DNA from: a virus
Taxonomy: Duplodnaviria > Caudoviricetes
Length of the DNA stretch: 34,924 bases
Reading direction: 5' to 3' (one strand)
Virus record (IMG/VR): IMGVR_UViG_3300043443_000016
Location: 1-34,924 of that record
Below, piece after piece: positions 7,550 to 17,522 of the stretch. Every line of letters begins with the position of its first letter. The stretch's first letter is position 1. The position numbers and the translations under genes are program-made. The notes beneath the pieces were generated by a model that was not told the DNA's origin, searched no databases, and saw nothing but the letters and a program-made list of their open reading frames with translations.

Positions 7550-9463
7550 TTACTCCGTTAATCCAAATGCAGCACCATAACCCAAAGCAAGTGCCTTACG
7601 CTGTAACTCTCTACTGAGAGGCTCTACTGTCATAACTGATGCTTTTTTCATCAGACTAGAAGCAAGTTTAGGGTCTAGCATTGCATTGACCAATAACTCA
7701 CGAATCGCATCATCTGTGCCGTTATATAACCAGTTCATTGGTGCAGATACCTTCTGCAAAACAGGAGGAACATCACCAAACATTTGCTTACCAATCATGC
7801 CACCAATCACATTAGCGGTACTCATGTTTTTAAATGTATCTGAACCCATTGGCTTGGTAGCACGAGCTAACACACCACTATCTAAGTCTTCAGCAACACG
7901 CTTCAAAACAGCTAACTGAGTATTGGAAAGTTTAGTTTCTTTCTCAGCAGAACGAATAGCATTTAAGAACTTAGGCTGTGAGATCAAATAGTCGTTAGCT
8001 CTTGATGGGTCTGGTGTAGTTGAAAGCACTTTGCCTTTAAACTGTTGTGCAGCCTCAAGACGCTCAATGCCTTTGCTAGAAGCAGCATACTTAGCCAAGT
8101 AGTCTTTGTAGCCAGTAGCACCTGCCTCAATAGCATCATCGACAGCACGAATGACTGCATTAAGTGGCTCTTTTGCTGCTTTGTAAGCACCCGCAGTTGG
8201 GCCACCTCTGTCAGACTTATCCAACAAACCTTGAGCAGCAGCCCTTAAATCTTTACGAATCTCATAAAGTTCAGCAGGGGTAGATGCTCTAGCAATATCG
8301 TCTTTAGCGTCTTTCATAACAGACATAACAGTCTGACGCTTTCCTACTGGTGAAGCAAGAATGTCATCAATCGTCTTATTGACTGTTAAAGCAATTCCAG
8401 ATTGGAATGTCTCTGGCGTAACAGTTGAGTTAGCAAATGCTTGCTCACGCAAAGGTGCTGTTACTTCATCACGCTTCTTAATCGCTGCTGTAAGCGCATC
8501 GTCATCTTTAGCAAGACGATTCAAAATAGCCATCTGTGCTTGGTTAGCTTCTAAAGCCTGAGTAGCAAATCTACCTTTTGTTGCATCTAAACCTTTAAGC
8601 GCAGTCTCAGCGTTAATCAAACCAATGTCACGAGTCGCTTGTGCAGTAGTAGGCGTGTATCCACCAATCTTAGGTACATAAGTCTCACCAGTCTTAATTG
8701 CTTGTTCAGCATCAGATGCTAAGTTACGCAACACATTGCCTGTGATAACTTCACGACCTGCTTGTGTGAATGGGCGAACAATCTCTTTACTTGTACGAGC
8801 AATAACAGGGGCAGAGCCTACAGCGCCACCTGCTGTTATAGACCCTGCCAATGCGCCAAGTGTTTGACCAACAGGGCCAACATCACTCTCACGAGCAGCA
8901 CCAGATGCCAATGCACCTGCTGTAGCCGCAGCACCCTGAGTTCCTAAACTCTTAGTAAAGAATTCCTGTGCTTGTGTAGGCAAGTTTCTAGCAATGGAGG
9001 CAGGGCCAGCAACACCAAAACCTGCGCTTGTTACATCTTGAACGACACGCTCTTGTGATGTTCTAGGTGTAGGCACACCAGCTTGTGTCATCAAGTTCTG
9101 TAATGCTTGGCTAGTAGGTTGCATGACTTGTCTACCTGCAAGCAAATTAACCAATCCTGTTAGCGCATCAGCACCCATTGTAGGGATAGATAAAGCACCA
9201 GTTAATGCTGCTCTGCCTGTCAATCCTAACTGTCTGCCAAAATCACTAACACTTCCTAATTGCATTTGCTCAGCACGAGGAGGAGTAGTAATATCTTTAA
9301 TTGCTTCCTCTCTCGTCATTTTCCTAGGTGGCGCACTAGGAACTTCATTCTTTGATTGCTCAAGAGCATACTGGTACGCTTGTGCGTCAGTCAGTTCTTT
9401 GTCAGAAATGACTTCGTATGTTCCTTTGCCTTCAATAGTTACTTCATAGGTTGCCATAATCAA
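7550..9463 (-). CDS. Putative internal virion/DNA ejection protein (large)
   Basis: Ala/Gly-rich hydrophobic segments plus a helical body; third of three genes between nozzle and fibres, as in podoviruses. Confidence 0.6.
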   Translation of the reverse strand: MIMATYEVTIEGKGTYEVISDKELTDAQAYQYALEQSKNEVPSAPPRKMTREEAIKDITTPPRAEQMQLGSVSDFGRQLGLTGRAALTGALSIPTMGADALTGLVNLLAGRQVMQPTSQALQNLMTQAGVPTPRTSQERVVQDVTSAGFGVAGPASIARNLPTQAQEFFTKSLGTQGAAATAGALASGAARESDVGPVGQTLGALAGSITAGGAVGSAPVIARTSKEIVRPFTQAGREVITGNVLRNLASDAEQAIKTGETYVPKIGGYTPTTAQATRDIGLINAETALKGLDATKGRFATQALEANQAQMAILNRLAKDDDALTAAIKKRDEVTAPLREQAFANSTVTPETFQSGIALTVNKTIDDILASPVGKRQTVMSVMKDAKDDIARASTPAELYEIRKDLRAAAQGLLDKSDRGGPTAGAYKAAKEPLNAVIRAVDDAIEAGATGYKDYLAKYAASSKGIERLEAAQQFKGKVLSTTPDPSRANDYLISQPKFLNAIRSAEKETKLSNTQLAVLKRVAEDLDSGVLARATKPMGSDTFKNMSTANVIGGMIGKQMFGDVPPVLQKVSAPMNWLYNGTDDAIRELLVNAMLDPKLASSLMKKASVMTVEPLSRELQRKALALGYGAAFGLTE

Positions 9464-10686
9464 CCTTTCTTTCTAACAGTAACACCAGATGGTAATGACT
9501 CAGGAACTCTTAGAGTATCGTAAGGGTTAATGATTGCTTCTGGTTTACCGCCTAACTCAGAATTGAGATTACGATAAACATTAAGTGTTGGCTCAAGTGC
9601 TTTCTTTCTTTCGCTGACAATACCATCAACAATCGCCTTTAAGTCATCTCGCTCTTTTGGTGTAAATGTTCCACCTTTTTGTAGCTTTTGAGCAGCTAAT
9701 TGAATGTTTGTTGGGATAGAACGATTGCCAATAATTGTGTTTACATCACCCTGCTGAACAGCGCCAGTTTGGTCATACACTTTTGCAATGTTGTAAATCA
9801 ATGCGCCATCAGCACTTGTGTTGCCTGATTTTGCTTTTCCATAAGCATCGTAGAAAGCAGATGCACGACCAGCGACAGTAGTGTCACCAGTATCTTTTAG
9901 TGTGCTTTGCCATTGGTTTACTGTAGCAAGTTGCTGTTTATTAACTGCTGTTTTATCATTTAAATCAATAGCAAATTTAGGTGCGCCTTCTCTTTTTAGG
10001 TCTTTCTGATACTGCATGAAGTTACCTGTGTAACCTTCTTTTACAGCTTGCTGAAAGTCTCTGTATGTTGATGTTAGATTTTCTTTAGGTGCGCCAGAAG
10101 CAACAGCCATTGGCTTACCATCAGCACCAATCTCATAACGAATCTGACCTTCACCAAGCGTATAACCTTCTGGACGCAATGATTTCTCTACACCAGATGC
10201 AGTTTGCAATGCAGCCATACCAGCAGGGCCAAGTCCCATCAATTCACGAGTTACTGAACGCAAACCACCACCACCTGCCTGTGGTTGGTTTGGCCCTGCA
10301 ATCTCTTGACCCATCATGTTTGTCAATGGAGTATCAGCAAAGATTTCTGGACGATATGCTTTAGCCAAAACTTGCTGTGCTTGTGCTTGTTGTTGTTTTG
10401 CAAGTTCTTCCTCTTTACGCTTACGCAACATCTCTTGCAGTTGAGCATTTTGTAGTTGATCTTGCAAAGCCCCTTGCATACCGCCTTTGTAGGCTCTCTG
10501 ACCAAGTTGTAAGCCTTCAGCAATAGATTGCCCTGTGTTACCGCCTTGGAATAAACGACCCGCTAGGGCATACAAGGCTTGTGCTTGTGCGTCTTCACGA
10601 TTTCGCTGAATGTCAGCAGGAGACATACCGAGCAAACCCATTGTGTCTGCACCGCTAGTTCCAAAAATGTCTAATAGTCCAGCCAT
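9460..10686 (-). CDS. Putative internal virion/ejection protein
   Basis: Gln/Gly/Ala-rich, MAGLLD N-terminus, genomic position. Confidence 0.6.
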   Translation of the reverse strand: MAGLLDIFGTSGADTMGLLGMSPADIQRNREDAQAQALYALAGRLFQGGNTGQSIAEGLQLGQRAYKGGMQGALQDQLQNAQLQEMLRKRKEEELAKQQQAQAQQVLAKAYRPEIFADTPLTNMMGQEIAGPNQPQAGGGGLRSVTRELMGLGPAGMAALQTASGVEKSLRPEGYTLGEGQIRYEIGADGKPMAVASGAPKENLTSTYRDFQQAVKEGYTGNFMQYQKDLKREGAPKFAIDLNDKTAVNKQQLATVNQWQSTLKDTGDTTVAGRASAFYDAYGKAKSGNTSADGALIYNIAKVYDQTGAVQQGDVNTIIGNRSIPTNIQLAAQKLQKGGTFTPKERDDLKAIVDGIVSERKKALEPTLNVYRNLNSELGGKPEAIINPYDTLRVPESLPSGVTVRKKG

Positions 10687-10688
10687 GA

Positions 10689-11543
10689 TTATCCAATCGT
10701 TTGGAAAAATGGGTTGATTGCAATATCAGCGTTTGATGAACCCCAACTACTCAACCAATTACCTATATTAGGTCTTCCAAGATTCTGGTACAAACCACCA
10801 CCAACAGCAGCCAAACCTAACAAGTTCTGGAAGGTTGAAGGGCCAGAAGTCTGTTGATTAGTAATTCTGCCCATTGGGTTGCCATAAACCATTGACAGAT
10901 AGTTAGAAAGATTCTGCTGTGGCTGATTCTGCAAGAAGTTGAATTTAGCAATGTCAGCTTGTTGCTGTGCGCCTGTGTAACCCTCACGCATTTGACCAGC
11001 ATTTAGCATTTGCTGAATGTCTTGGTAGTCAGCGCCAGCCATTGCAGGTGCAGCCATCGTAGCCGCTTGCTGTCTTGCTCTCTCATCAGCATAGTTCTGA
11101 TAAGCCAAAGTTCCTGCTGTGTTAGCCAAAGTCTGACCAAAAGCACCTGCTGCCCTGTCTTGCAATTGACCCATAGCACCAGAACCATAACGACCTGCCA
11201 AACTAGCCTTAGATGAAATATCACCTAAAGTTTGCTTAAACTGTGTCTCAGCAGCCTGTGCAGCAGGTTTAAATGCGCCTTGGAAGAATGGATTGCCACC
11301 CAAATAGTCACCAGAGATTGTTCCCTGCAATTGCTGTTGAGCAGAGCCTAACAATGGATTGCCCTGTGAAGCACGAGCCTCAAGAGCTTGGATGCCAGTT
11401 TGAGTAGATGTAGAAGGACTTACATAAGTCTGACCACCATAGTACTGTGGGCCACCGCCTTGGTACAGTCTTTGTGCCTCTGAAAGCCCATAGCTTAGAA
11501 AGGGTTGAATTGTTGGGTCAATTGAAGTGGTAGTAGTCGCCAT
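10689..11543 (-). CDS. Putative DNA pilot/ejection protein
   Basis: Gln/Ala/Gly-rich (GRYGSG), hydrophobic C-terminus, strong SD AGGAG. Confidence 0.6.
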   Translation of the reverse strand: MATTTTSIDPTIQPFLSYGLSEAQRLYQGGGPQYYGGQTYVSPSTSTQTGIQALEARASQGNPLLGSAQQQLQGTISGDYLGGNPFFQGAFKPAAQAAETQFKQTLGDISSKASLAGRYGSGAMGQLQDRAAGAFGQTLANTAGTLAYQNYADERARQQAATMAAPAMAGADYQDIQQMLNAGQMREGYTGAQQQADIAKFNFLQNQPQQNLSNYLSMVYGNPMGRITNQQTSGPSTFQNLLGLAAVGGGLYQNLGRPNIGNWLSSWGSSNADIAINPFFQTIG

Positions 11544-11562
11544 GTTTTACTCCTAGAGTTTC

Positions 11563-11621
11563 GGATTCCATAGCGGGTCATCCACGGAATCCATTATACA
11601 TAAATTATGAAAATCAACCAA
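11563..11621 (-). promoter_or_regulatory. Internal promoter (TATAAT at 11593-11598) followed by an 11-bp hairpin
   Basis: Minus strand reads TTGGTT-N17-TATAAT, then GGATTCCGTGG-ATGACCCG-CTATGGAATCC. Confidence 0.55.
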
Positions 11622-11922
11622 TAACTGCATACGCAAATAGCATTTCGTGCATGTGATTGCCATGAGTTATTGTCGCTGTGCCTTGCCCTCTAACAGATAC
11701 ATACATATGCCCATGAGCCAATTCATCTGCTGCATTGTCATTTAGTGGCATAAATAATATAACGCTATTAGGGCCAATCCTTCTGTCAGTCAAAGTGGTA
11801 CTTGTTGCACCTTGATTAAGACTGATTTCGCCTGTGTTATTGGTCTTGCCATCCATGATGCCACGGACAACCTCTGCAACAGCCCTCTGATCTCCACCAA
11901 AAGCAGGTAGACTTCTAAACAT
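11614..11922 (-). CDS. Virion tail-associated protein
   Basis: Beta-rich 102-aa protein, TAATG-coupled to the nozzle gene. Confidence 0.6.
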   Translation of the reverse strand: MFRSLPAFGGDQRAVAEVVRGIMDGKTNNTGEISLNQGATSTTLTDRRIGPNSVILFMPLNDNAADELAHGHMYVSVRGQGTATITHGNHMHEMLFAYAVIG

Positions 11923-13361
11923 TATCTAGTCCCCTGTGGAACAATATCAATGTCAACAGCCACAGCAGTTTTCCAATTGCTACCAGTAGGCGCAACCTTT
12001 AGCCTGTGATACCGCCCTGCACTACGCAATGAAACCCTGTTTTCAGAATCAGCAGAAGTTGCTGTCCCGAATGTGACAGACTGATTCAAAAGCCTTCTTG
12101 AGGCAATAGAAACATCAGCAGAGCCATTATCAACCAATGGTTTCGCCAATGTAACCACAGAATTAGCGCCAATATCTATGTCGTTTGTAGCAATGTATCC
12201 AGACAGACTTGCACCTGTGTAAGTCATTACTCTGGTTGCCAATGTTCCGCCAAGGAAGTATTTACCACCAACAAACAGCAATGAGTCTAAACTTGTTGTC
12301 AAAGCGTCAATGCTTGCAGATACAGAATCTAGGTCTTCTAAAGTCAATGCACTAGACGATGCTTCACCAAGATAATCTGTGCCAGCGTCTGCATAAGTCC
12401 ACTTCTTTGTAGCAAAGTTGTAGATCATTAACTTACGATTTGCGTCAACAGACTTATAGTTCCAAATAACTAACTTGCGTACAGGGTCAATGGCTGCTGA
12501 CATAGAACCATAATCAGCCTCTGAAACATCAGACAAGAAGAATCGGTCTACTTTCTCTGAGCCAATTGGAATGACATTTTGTCCATCACACATATAAAAA
12601 CCATCGTCTGACAAGAAGAATGTCAAACCTTGATACTGTGCAATAGAGCCAGAAACCATACATCCCTTATTACGAGAGATATTGTCAAACTGGAATATAA
12701 AAGGTGTGCCAACATAGCTCATTCGGTGGATTGAACGCTCTAGTAGAACAAGTCCAAACTCACCACCACGGATGCCCATAATCTGACCACCATCAGGAAT
12801 ATCCTGATAGTCAGACTGAGTGTTTACATTTTCTGTCCAATCTGTTTCATCATTGATGGCAGACCATCTAACACGATACTGTTGTTGAACAGTAGATTCG
12901 TAAGTATTAGCCACAACAACAAAGTCACGGACAACAGTAATGTATTTAGCTACTGGTGCTGTTGCAGACAAATCAGCAAAAGATGTAGATGTGCCAAGAG
13001 TCCACTTTTGTAGCTTTTCAGCATTGTTTGTCGTAATAACTACATTGCCAAACTGAGCAAACCTTACTCGATTGCCACCAGATGTAGTGTAGCCAGTACC
13101 TACCTGAGTCAAAGTACCAGAGCCACCTACTGTATAAATCTTAGAGTCGCCAGCCGCAAACAAAGTAGTCAAACCACTAGGAGACTTGGCAGCATATAAA
13201 GATGTTAAGTTTTCAGCAGCAGCCGCACTAAGCGTAACTGGCGAGGGGAATGGGCCGTAACCAATGGCTTGAGATACAACATTCTTTGCATCAGTCAATG
13301 CACCAGAAATGCCAGATTGGTCAGGCATCCATTCGCCAAAGTTTATCCTTGTCTCAGCCAT
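11922..13361 (-). CDS. Tail tubular protein B/nozzle (P22 gp10-like packaged-DNA stabilisation protein)
   Basis: Beta-propeller-like pattern (RVRWSAIND, FFLSDDGFY, IGSEKVDRFF), size and position. Confidence 0.75.
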   Translation of the reverse strand: MAETRINFGEWMPDQSGISGALTDAKNVVSQAIGYGPFPSPVTLSAAAAENLTSLYAAKSPSGLTTLFAAGDSKIYTVGGSGTLTQVGTGYTTSGGNRVRFAQFGNVVITTNNAEKLQKWTLGTSTSFADLSATAPVAKYITVVRDFVVVANTYESTVQQQYRVRWSAINDETDWTENVNTQSDYQDIPDGGQIMGIRGGEFGLVLLERSIHRMSYVGTPFIFQFDNISRNKGCMVSGSIAQYQGLTFFLSDDGFYMCDGQNVIPIGSEKVDRFFLSDVSEADYGSMSAAIDPVRKLVIWNYKSVDANRKLMIYNFATKKWTYADAGTDYLGEASSSALTLEDLDSVSASIDALTTSLDSLLFVGGKYFLGGTLATRVMTYTGASLSGYIATNDIDIGANSVVTLAKPLVDNGSADVSIASRRLLNQSVTFGTATSADSENRVSLRSAGRYHRLKVAPTGSNWKTAVAVDIDIVPQGTR

Positions 13362-13933
13362 ACATTAGTTCCTTGAGCCTGTTCAGTCCATGTATTGTCG
13401 TTAGCAGATACTGGAGTCCATGTATTTGTGTCTCCTGTTACTGGAGTCCAATTTTCACCAAGAATAACGCCATTAGCAGTCACAGTAGCAAAGCAAGTTA
13501 TAGACGGACTTACATTGTTAACGATTGAACCCAATACAGTTAATGTTGCCGTTCCTTCTATGCTTGCAGAACCTTCTGCTATCAATCCACCATTTGCTGT
13601 GAATACTGCATCAGCAGTTATAGACGCATTGCCAAACTTAACAATTTGACCGCTTGCAGAAACTGTTGCACTAGCAGTTATGCTTGCACTTGCAGACCTA
13701 ACGATATTTGCACTAGCAGATACAGTCGCACTACAAGTTATTGATGCACTAGCAGATTGAACCCTAGAAGCACTAGCAGTTACAGTTGCTGTTGCGTTAA
13801 CAGAACCATAAGCATCCCACCGAGTAACAGAAGTTGTATATAGAGGACTGTCTAAAGTTAGAGTCAGGTCATCTATGCTTGACTTTAAATTGTCAAGCGA
13901 ATCAATCGTCCATGGTGGGAGTAAATCAGCCAT
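13343..13933 (-). CDS. Ala/Ser/Thr-repeat virion structural protein
   Basis: About 21-aa repeats such as ASASITASATVSASGQIV; C-terminal NTWT repeats. Confidence 0.65.
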   Translation of the reverse strand: MADLLPPWTIDSLDNLKSSIDDLTLTLDSPLYTTSVTRWDAYGSVNATATVTASASRVQSASASITCSATVSASANIVRSASASITASATVSASGQIVKFGNASITADAVFTANGGLIAEGSASIEGTATLTVLGSIVNNVSPSITCFATVTANGVILGENWTPVTGDTNTWTPVSANDNTWTEQAQGTNVWLRQG

Positions 13934-13934
13934 C

Positions 13935-14321
13935 TTATGCCAATGTTACAGACAAAGAACCTGTAGCAATACGGAACACATCACCAGTTTCAATAGTCTT
14001 AGCAGCATCCAAGGCTGTGTGATACAACAAGTTACCTGATGTAGAAGCATCACGCAAGCCAATGTAACTAACTGTTCCCCATGAGCCACCAGCTTGAGGG
14101 AACTCAACAGCAGCAGAGTTAGTTGTTACACCATTGCTAGGCGCACCAAAAGTCACAGCTTGACGAGCATAAGAAGTACCAGAAACCTCTGTGCCTGTAT
14201 CTGCATCAGTTGGGTCAGATGTATAAAGAGCCACATACACAGTTGTTGGTGCTGTGTAGTTAGTTGCTCGTAATGTGCCGTTAATCAGCGCATTTTCTAG
14301 GTAGTTTGACATTTCAGCCAT
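13935..14321 (-). CDS. Virion structural protein (phage tail/fibre-base-like)
   Basis: YVALYTSDP, EVSGTSYARQ, WGTVSYIGLRDA and GNLL motifs. Confidence 0.7.
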   Translation of the reverse strand: MAEMSNYLENALINGTLRATNYTAPTTVYVALYTSDPTDADTGTEVSGTSYARQAVTFGAPSNGVTTNSAAVEFPQAGGSWGTVSYIGLRDASTSGNLLYHTALDAAKTIETGDVFRIATGSLSVTLA

Positions 14322-14325
14322 AGTT

Positions 14326-14946
14326 TCACCTTGGAGTTAATTTCATTGCCAATGGAACACCAGAGTATTGACTTTCTTCATCAGACTTGGTGAGGGAGGA
14401 GATCGCTCTGTCGTACATAGTTCCCCATGTGTTTATACGAGCATCATTCATAAGATATGGCTCTGCCTCAATCAAAGAAGCATAGAGCAAAGCATCTGGG
14501 GCTTTTGTCAAGAACACATTAGATGTATTACTGCTAGACAAGTAAGGAGGCGAAGCAAAATACAGAAGTTTTACTGTGTAAACGCCATCAGGTGCAGGTG
14601 AGACTTGGAACTCACTAGCAAGGATTGTGTAAGACATAGGAACACCAACTTCTGATGCTCTTGGGTCATTAGACAATGCTGATGGGCTAGAGTAGCTAAG
14701 TGGTTGAATTGGATTTGTCATTACGACAAAATCACGCACTTGCAAAAAGTCGCTAGGCAATTCAACAGTATTGTCACCACTTACAGTTGCTGTTGTGACA
14801 GACTTAAGCATCTGACGAATACGCAATTCTCTGCGGAGTCGATTCTCAGCAAATGTAATGAAATCTGGAATCTGGCTTGTTAAGTCAGACCTAGCCAAAT
14901 AGTTGGCTATTGATGTTTGTAAATCAGAGTAAGTTGCGAAACTCAT
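14326..14946 (-). CDS. Head-tail adaptor/tail tubular protein A
   Basis: IPDFITFAENRLRRELR, LPSDFL and PDALLYASLIEAEPYL motifs; downstream of the capsid gene. Confidence 0.75.
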   Translation of the reverse strand: MSFATYSDLQTSIANYLARSDLTSQIPDFITFAENRLRRELRIRQMLKSVTTATVSGDNTVELPSDFLQVRDFVVMTNPIQPLSYSSPSALSNDPRASEVGVPMSYTILASEFQVSPAPDGVYTVKLLYFASPPYLSSSNTSNVFLTKAPDALLYASLIEAEPYLMNDARINTWGTMYDRAISSLTKSDEESQYSGVPLAMKLTPR

Positions 14947-15248
14947 ACCACTCCTGTCCTAGTGCGCCATGCACGATTCATTGGGTCATTTAACCATGCA
15001 GCAAAACGCTTGTCATCAAGCACAGCGAATCCACGCATAATGCCTTGTTTATTTAGGTCATCAATCACAGTCAATGGAATAGACGCAACCTTATTGCCAA
15101 ACAAATTGTCAGACCATCTTGCTCTCTCATCAAAGGAGTTATATTCCTTTTTATTCTGCTCAACAATAGCAGAAACATCTTGACGAGTTTGAATAATGAT
15201 GCCACCTTCACCATCGGCATGAACAGCAGTTTGTCTAATGTTTTCCAT
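14943..15248 (-). CDS. Conserved phage protein downstream of the capsid gene
   Basis: QDVSAIVEQNK, VASIP and WLNDP motifs; apparently leaderless. Confidence 0.7.
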   Translation of the reverse strand: MENIRQTAVHADGEGGIIIQTRQDVSAIVEQNKKEYNSFDERARWSDNLFGNKVASIPLTVIDDLNKQGIMRGFAVLDDKRFAAWLNDPMNRAWRTRTGVV

Positions 15249-15271
15249 AACCTAATTCTATCAGTTTGAGT

Positions 15272-15314
15272 AGAAAAGAAAATGCCCCAGATGGTTAAGT
15301 CTGAGGCATTTTTC
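15272..15314 (-). terminator. Rho-independent terminator after the major capsid gene
   Basis: Stem-loop ATGCCTCAGA-CTTAACCA-TCTGGGGCAT followed by TTTCTTTTCT. Confidence 0.85.
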
Positions 15315-15328
15315 TGGGTTACCTTAGA

Positions 15329-16279
15329 TTAAGGTGTCAAGTCAGCAATAATGCCGTGAGCAGCTTCGTTCTTAACTTCCAAAGTGTACTCAGCCAACAG
15401 TTGTGTAGACTCATTGTCGCCAGTCACAGCCAACTCGTTGGTCTGGAAAGGACGCAAGTAAGCAACAGCAGCCATGTCGGGGTCAAGCACATAAGCCACT
15501 TCATCGCAAGTGTTGGTAGATGTCATAAAGCGGTTAGGCACAACAGAAACTGTACCGAAATCGCTCAAATAAACATCAGCAGCAGCCACAATGGTGGTAG
15601 GTGCGTTAGATGGGGCCATGAAACGCTGAGCAGCGATACCAGCAAAAGCAGATACCAATTGCTTGTGTGCAGGGTTGACCATCAACACTTTAGGATTGCC
15701 ACCAGAAGCGTAAACTTCTTTGATAACAGTCTTCAACAGGTCTTCTGTAAATGTGCGGTTTGTGCCGTTTGTACGAGCAGTAGTACCACCAGAACCAGCC
15801 ACGCCATTAGTGCCAAAGTCGCCATTGGTAGCCAACCATGCTTGCAGACCGCCCAATTTACGAGCATTAGAAGAATCACCATTGGTAGCAACTTGGTTGC
15901 TCAACAAAGATGTTTCCATGTCACGCTTGATTTCAGCAGAGGCTTTAGCCAATTGGTAAGCCTTCTCAGACTTACGACCAGCTTTGTCAACAGACTGCAA
16001 AGTGCCAGAAATCTTCACAGTTTTCTGTGCAATCTGAGTGCGGTTGCCAACACGGGTTGTTGGAGACATAGTAGCGTCAGATGCTGTTGCACCCTCGACT
16101 GCAAAGTTAGACAAAGTTGCAGCAGCCAAGCTGTCAGTCTGCCACTCGTGATAAACAGCAGTAGCCTTTGTCTTGCCAATAGATGACATGAAAGGTGTGT
16201 CTGTGGGGCTGATGTTATAGATAACATCGGAAAGGTCTTCACGCTGACCAATAGCGGTATAGGTTTGATATGTAGCCAT
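15329..16279 (-). CDS. Major capsid protein (DUF5309/SU10-like family)
   Basis: REDLSDVIYNISPTDTPF, HEWQTDSL, NRTQI, EIKRDME, SDFG and EYTLEV motifs; follows the scaffold gene and precedes a terminator. Confidence 0.9.
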   Translation of the reverse strand: MATYQTYTAIGQREDLSDVIYNISPTDTPFMSSIGKTKATAVYHEWQTDSLAAATLSNFAVEGATASDATMSPTTRVGNRTQIAQKTVKISGTLQSVDKAGRKSEKAYQLAKASAEIKRDMETSLLSNQVATNGDSSNARKLGGLQAWLATNGDFGTNGVAGSGGTTARTNGTNRTFTEDLLKTVIKEVYASGGNPKVLMVNPAHKQLVSAFAGIAAQRFMAPSNAPTTIVAAADVYLSDFGTVSVVPNRFMTSTNTCDEVAYVLDPDMAAVAYLRPFQTNELAVTGDNESTQLLAEYTLEVKNEAAHGIIADLTP

Positions 16280-16294
16280 TTTAAAACTCCAAAA

Positions 16295-17230
16295 TTAAAA
16301 GAATCGTTCAAATGCTCGAGCAGCGTCTTGGACTTTGCCAGTTTCACGCAACCTTTGCATTACCTGTTTGTCTTGTGACGATTTTGTAGGAGGCGCTGAA
16401 GTCCCAGAACGCATCATCTTAGGAGCAGCTTGAAGTTTCTTGGTTACTTCTGGCTTACTCTTTTGAAGTTGCTCATACTTCATTGCTTTATACAAACTCA
16501 CCACAGCACGAGAGTCATATACGGAACTGAGTTCTTGGTCAGTCCATCCAACAGATTTCGCATAATCACGGATTTGTTTCCGAATCGCATCACCCTGTGG
16601 AGTGGCTAACTCAGGAATAAGACCAACTAGCTTCTCAGATTCTTGACGGAGATGGTTTTGCAGAGAGGCTTGTTGCTCGGCTTGTTGCTGTTGGGCAATG
16701 CGTTGCTGTTCGGCTCTAACTACTGCTAACTGCTTCTCACGCTGATTCTGTTCAGCTACCGCCACGGCATAGCCAATGGGGTCTGTTTCCTTTAGAACAT
16801 CTAAGTCCACACCCTGATTTTGCTGACTTAGGAAGCTATCCAAAGCCTTCAATTTCTGGGCATAAGCCTGTCGCTCTTGTTTTACCTGCTCTAAATGAAT
16901 ACGCTCTGCTTCTACAGCTTTGCGTTGTTCAGCTAAAGCCTGAGACTTTTTGGTGTAATCCACACCTTGCTGATAACCTTTGATGAGTTCATCTTCGTCA
17001 ACCTCGATTTCCTCACCAGCAGCCTTAACTCTATATCTAGGCTTTGGTTGTTGTTCTTCCTCGGATTGCTCCTCAGAATACTCAGCTTCATCAGATGCTT
17101 GTTGTTCCTCTGGTTGATTATCAGGTTGGCTGTTTTCAGCTCCGTCATCATCGCCCATCAGTCCCTCAAACGCTGAAGCGGCTTGCATTACATTTAGGTT
17201 TTCACTCCCTTGTGGGTTGGTGTTTTCCAT
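16295..17230 (-). CDS. Capsid scaffolding protein
   Basis: Acidic N-terminus, ELIKGYQQGVDYTKKSQALAEQRK, long coiled coil, immediately upstream of the capsid gene. Confidence 0.85.
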   Translation of the reverse strand: MENTNPQGSENLNVMQAASAFEGLMGDDDGAENSQPDNQPEEQQASDEAEYSEEQSEEEQQPKPRYRVKAAGEEIEVDEDELIKGYQQGVDYTKKSQALAEQRKAVEAERIHLEQVKQERQAYAQKLKALDSFLSQQNQGVDLDVLKETDPIGYAVAVAEQNQREKQLAVVRAEQQRIAQQQQAEQQASLQNHLRQESEKLVGLIPELATPQGDAIRKQIRDYAKSVGWTDQELSSVYDSRAVVSLYKAMKYEQLQKSKPEVTKKLQAAPKMMRSGTSAPPTKSSQDKQVMQRLRETGKVQDAARAFERFF

Positions 17231-17282
17231 GTGTCATCTCAAAAATCGCCAGACACCTTCTGGACGGAGGGTAGGGTAAACC

Positions 17283-17522
17283 CTACAGAATCTTCCACTT
17301 CTTATCTCTAATCACAGTTTCCGAGGCCAAGCCTTCTAGGTGTCCTGTAATCAATTCGATAGACTTAATGTGCCTATAAGCGTCTTCACGCCTATCACAT
17401 TCTTCTGCACTTGTGTTAATTATTACACTAATCTGCTCTTTTTTCAAATTATCTATTACTTCTTTGAAAAAGTCATCATTTAATAGGTTTTTAGCCCATT
17501 GTGCGAGAAGGTACTTGTCCAT
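17283..17522 (-). CDS. Small conserved head-module protein
   Basis: AKNLLNDDFF and RREDAY motifs; located just before the scaffold gene. Confidence 0.7.
   Translation of the reverse strand: MDKYLLAQWAKNLLNDDFFKEVIDNLKKEQISVIINTSAEECDRREDAYRHIKSIELITGHLEGLASETVIRDKKWKIL

Noticed and set aside
15356-16186. 276-aa plus-strand ORF antisense to the capsid gene
   Set aside because: It is a shadow of the biased codon usage of a highly expressed gene, with no SD or recognisable motif.
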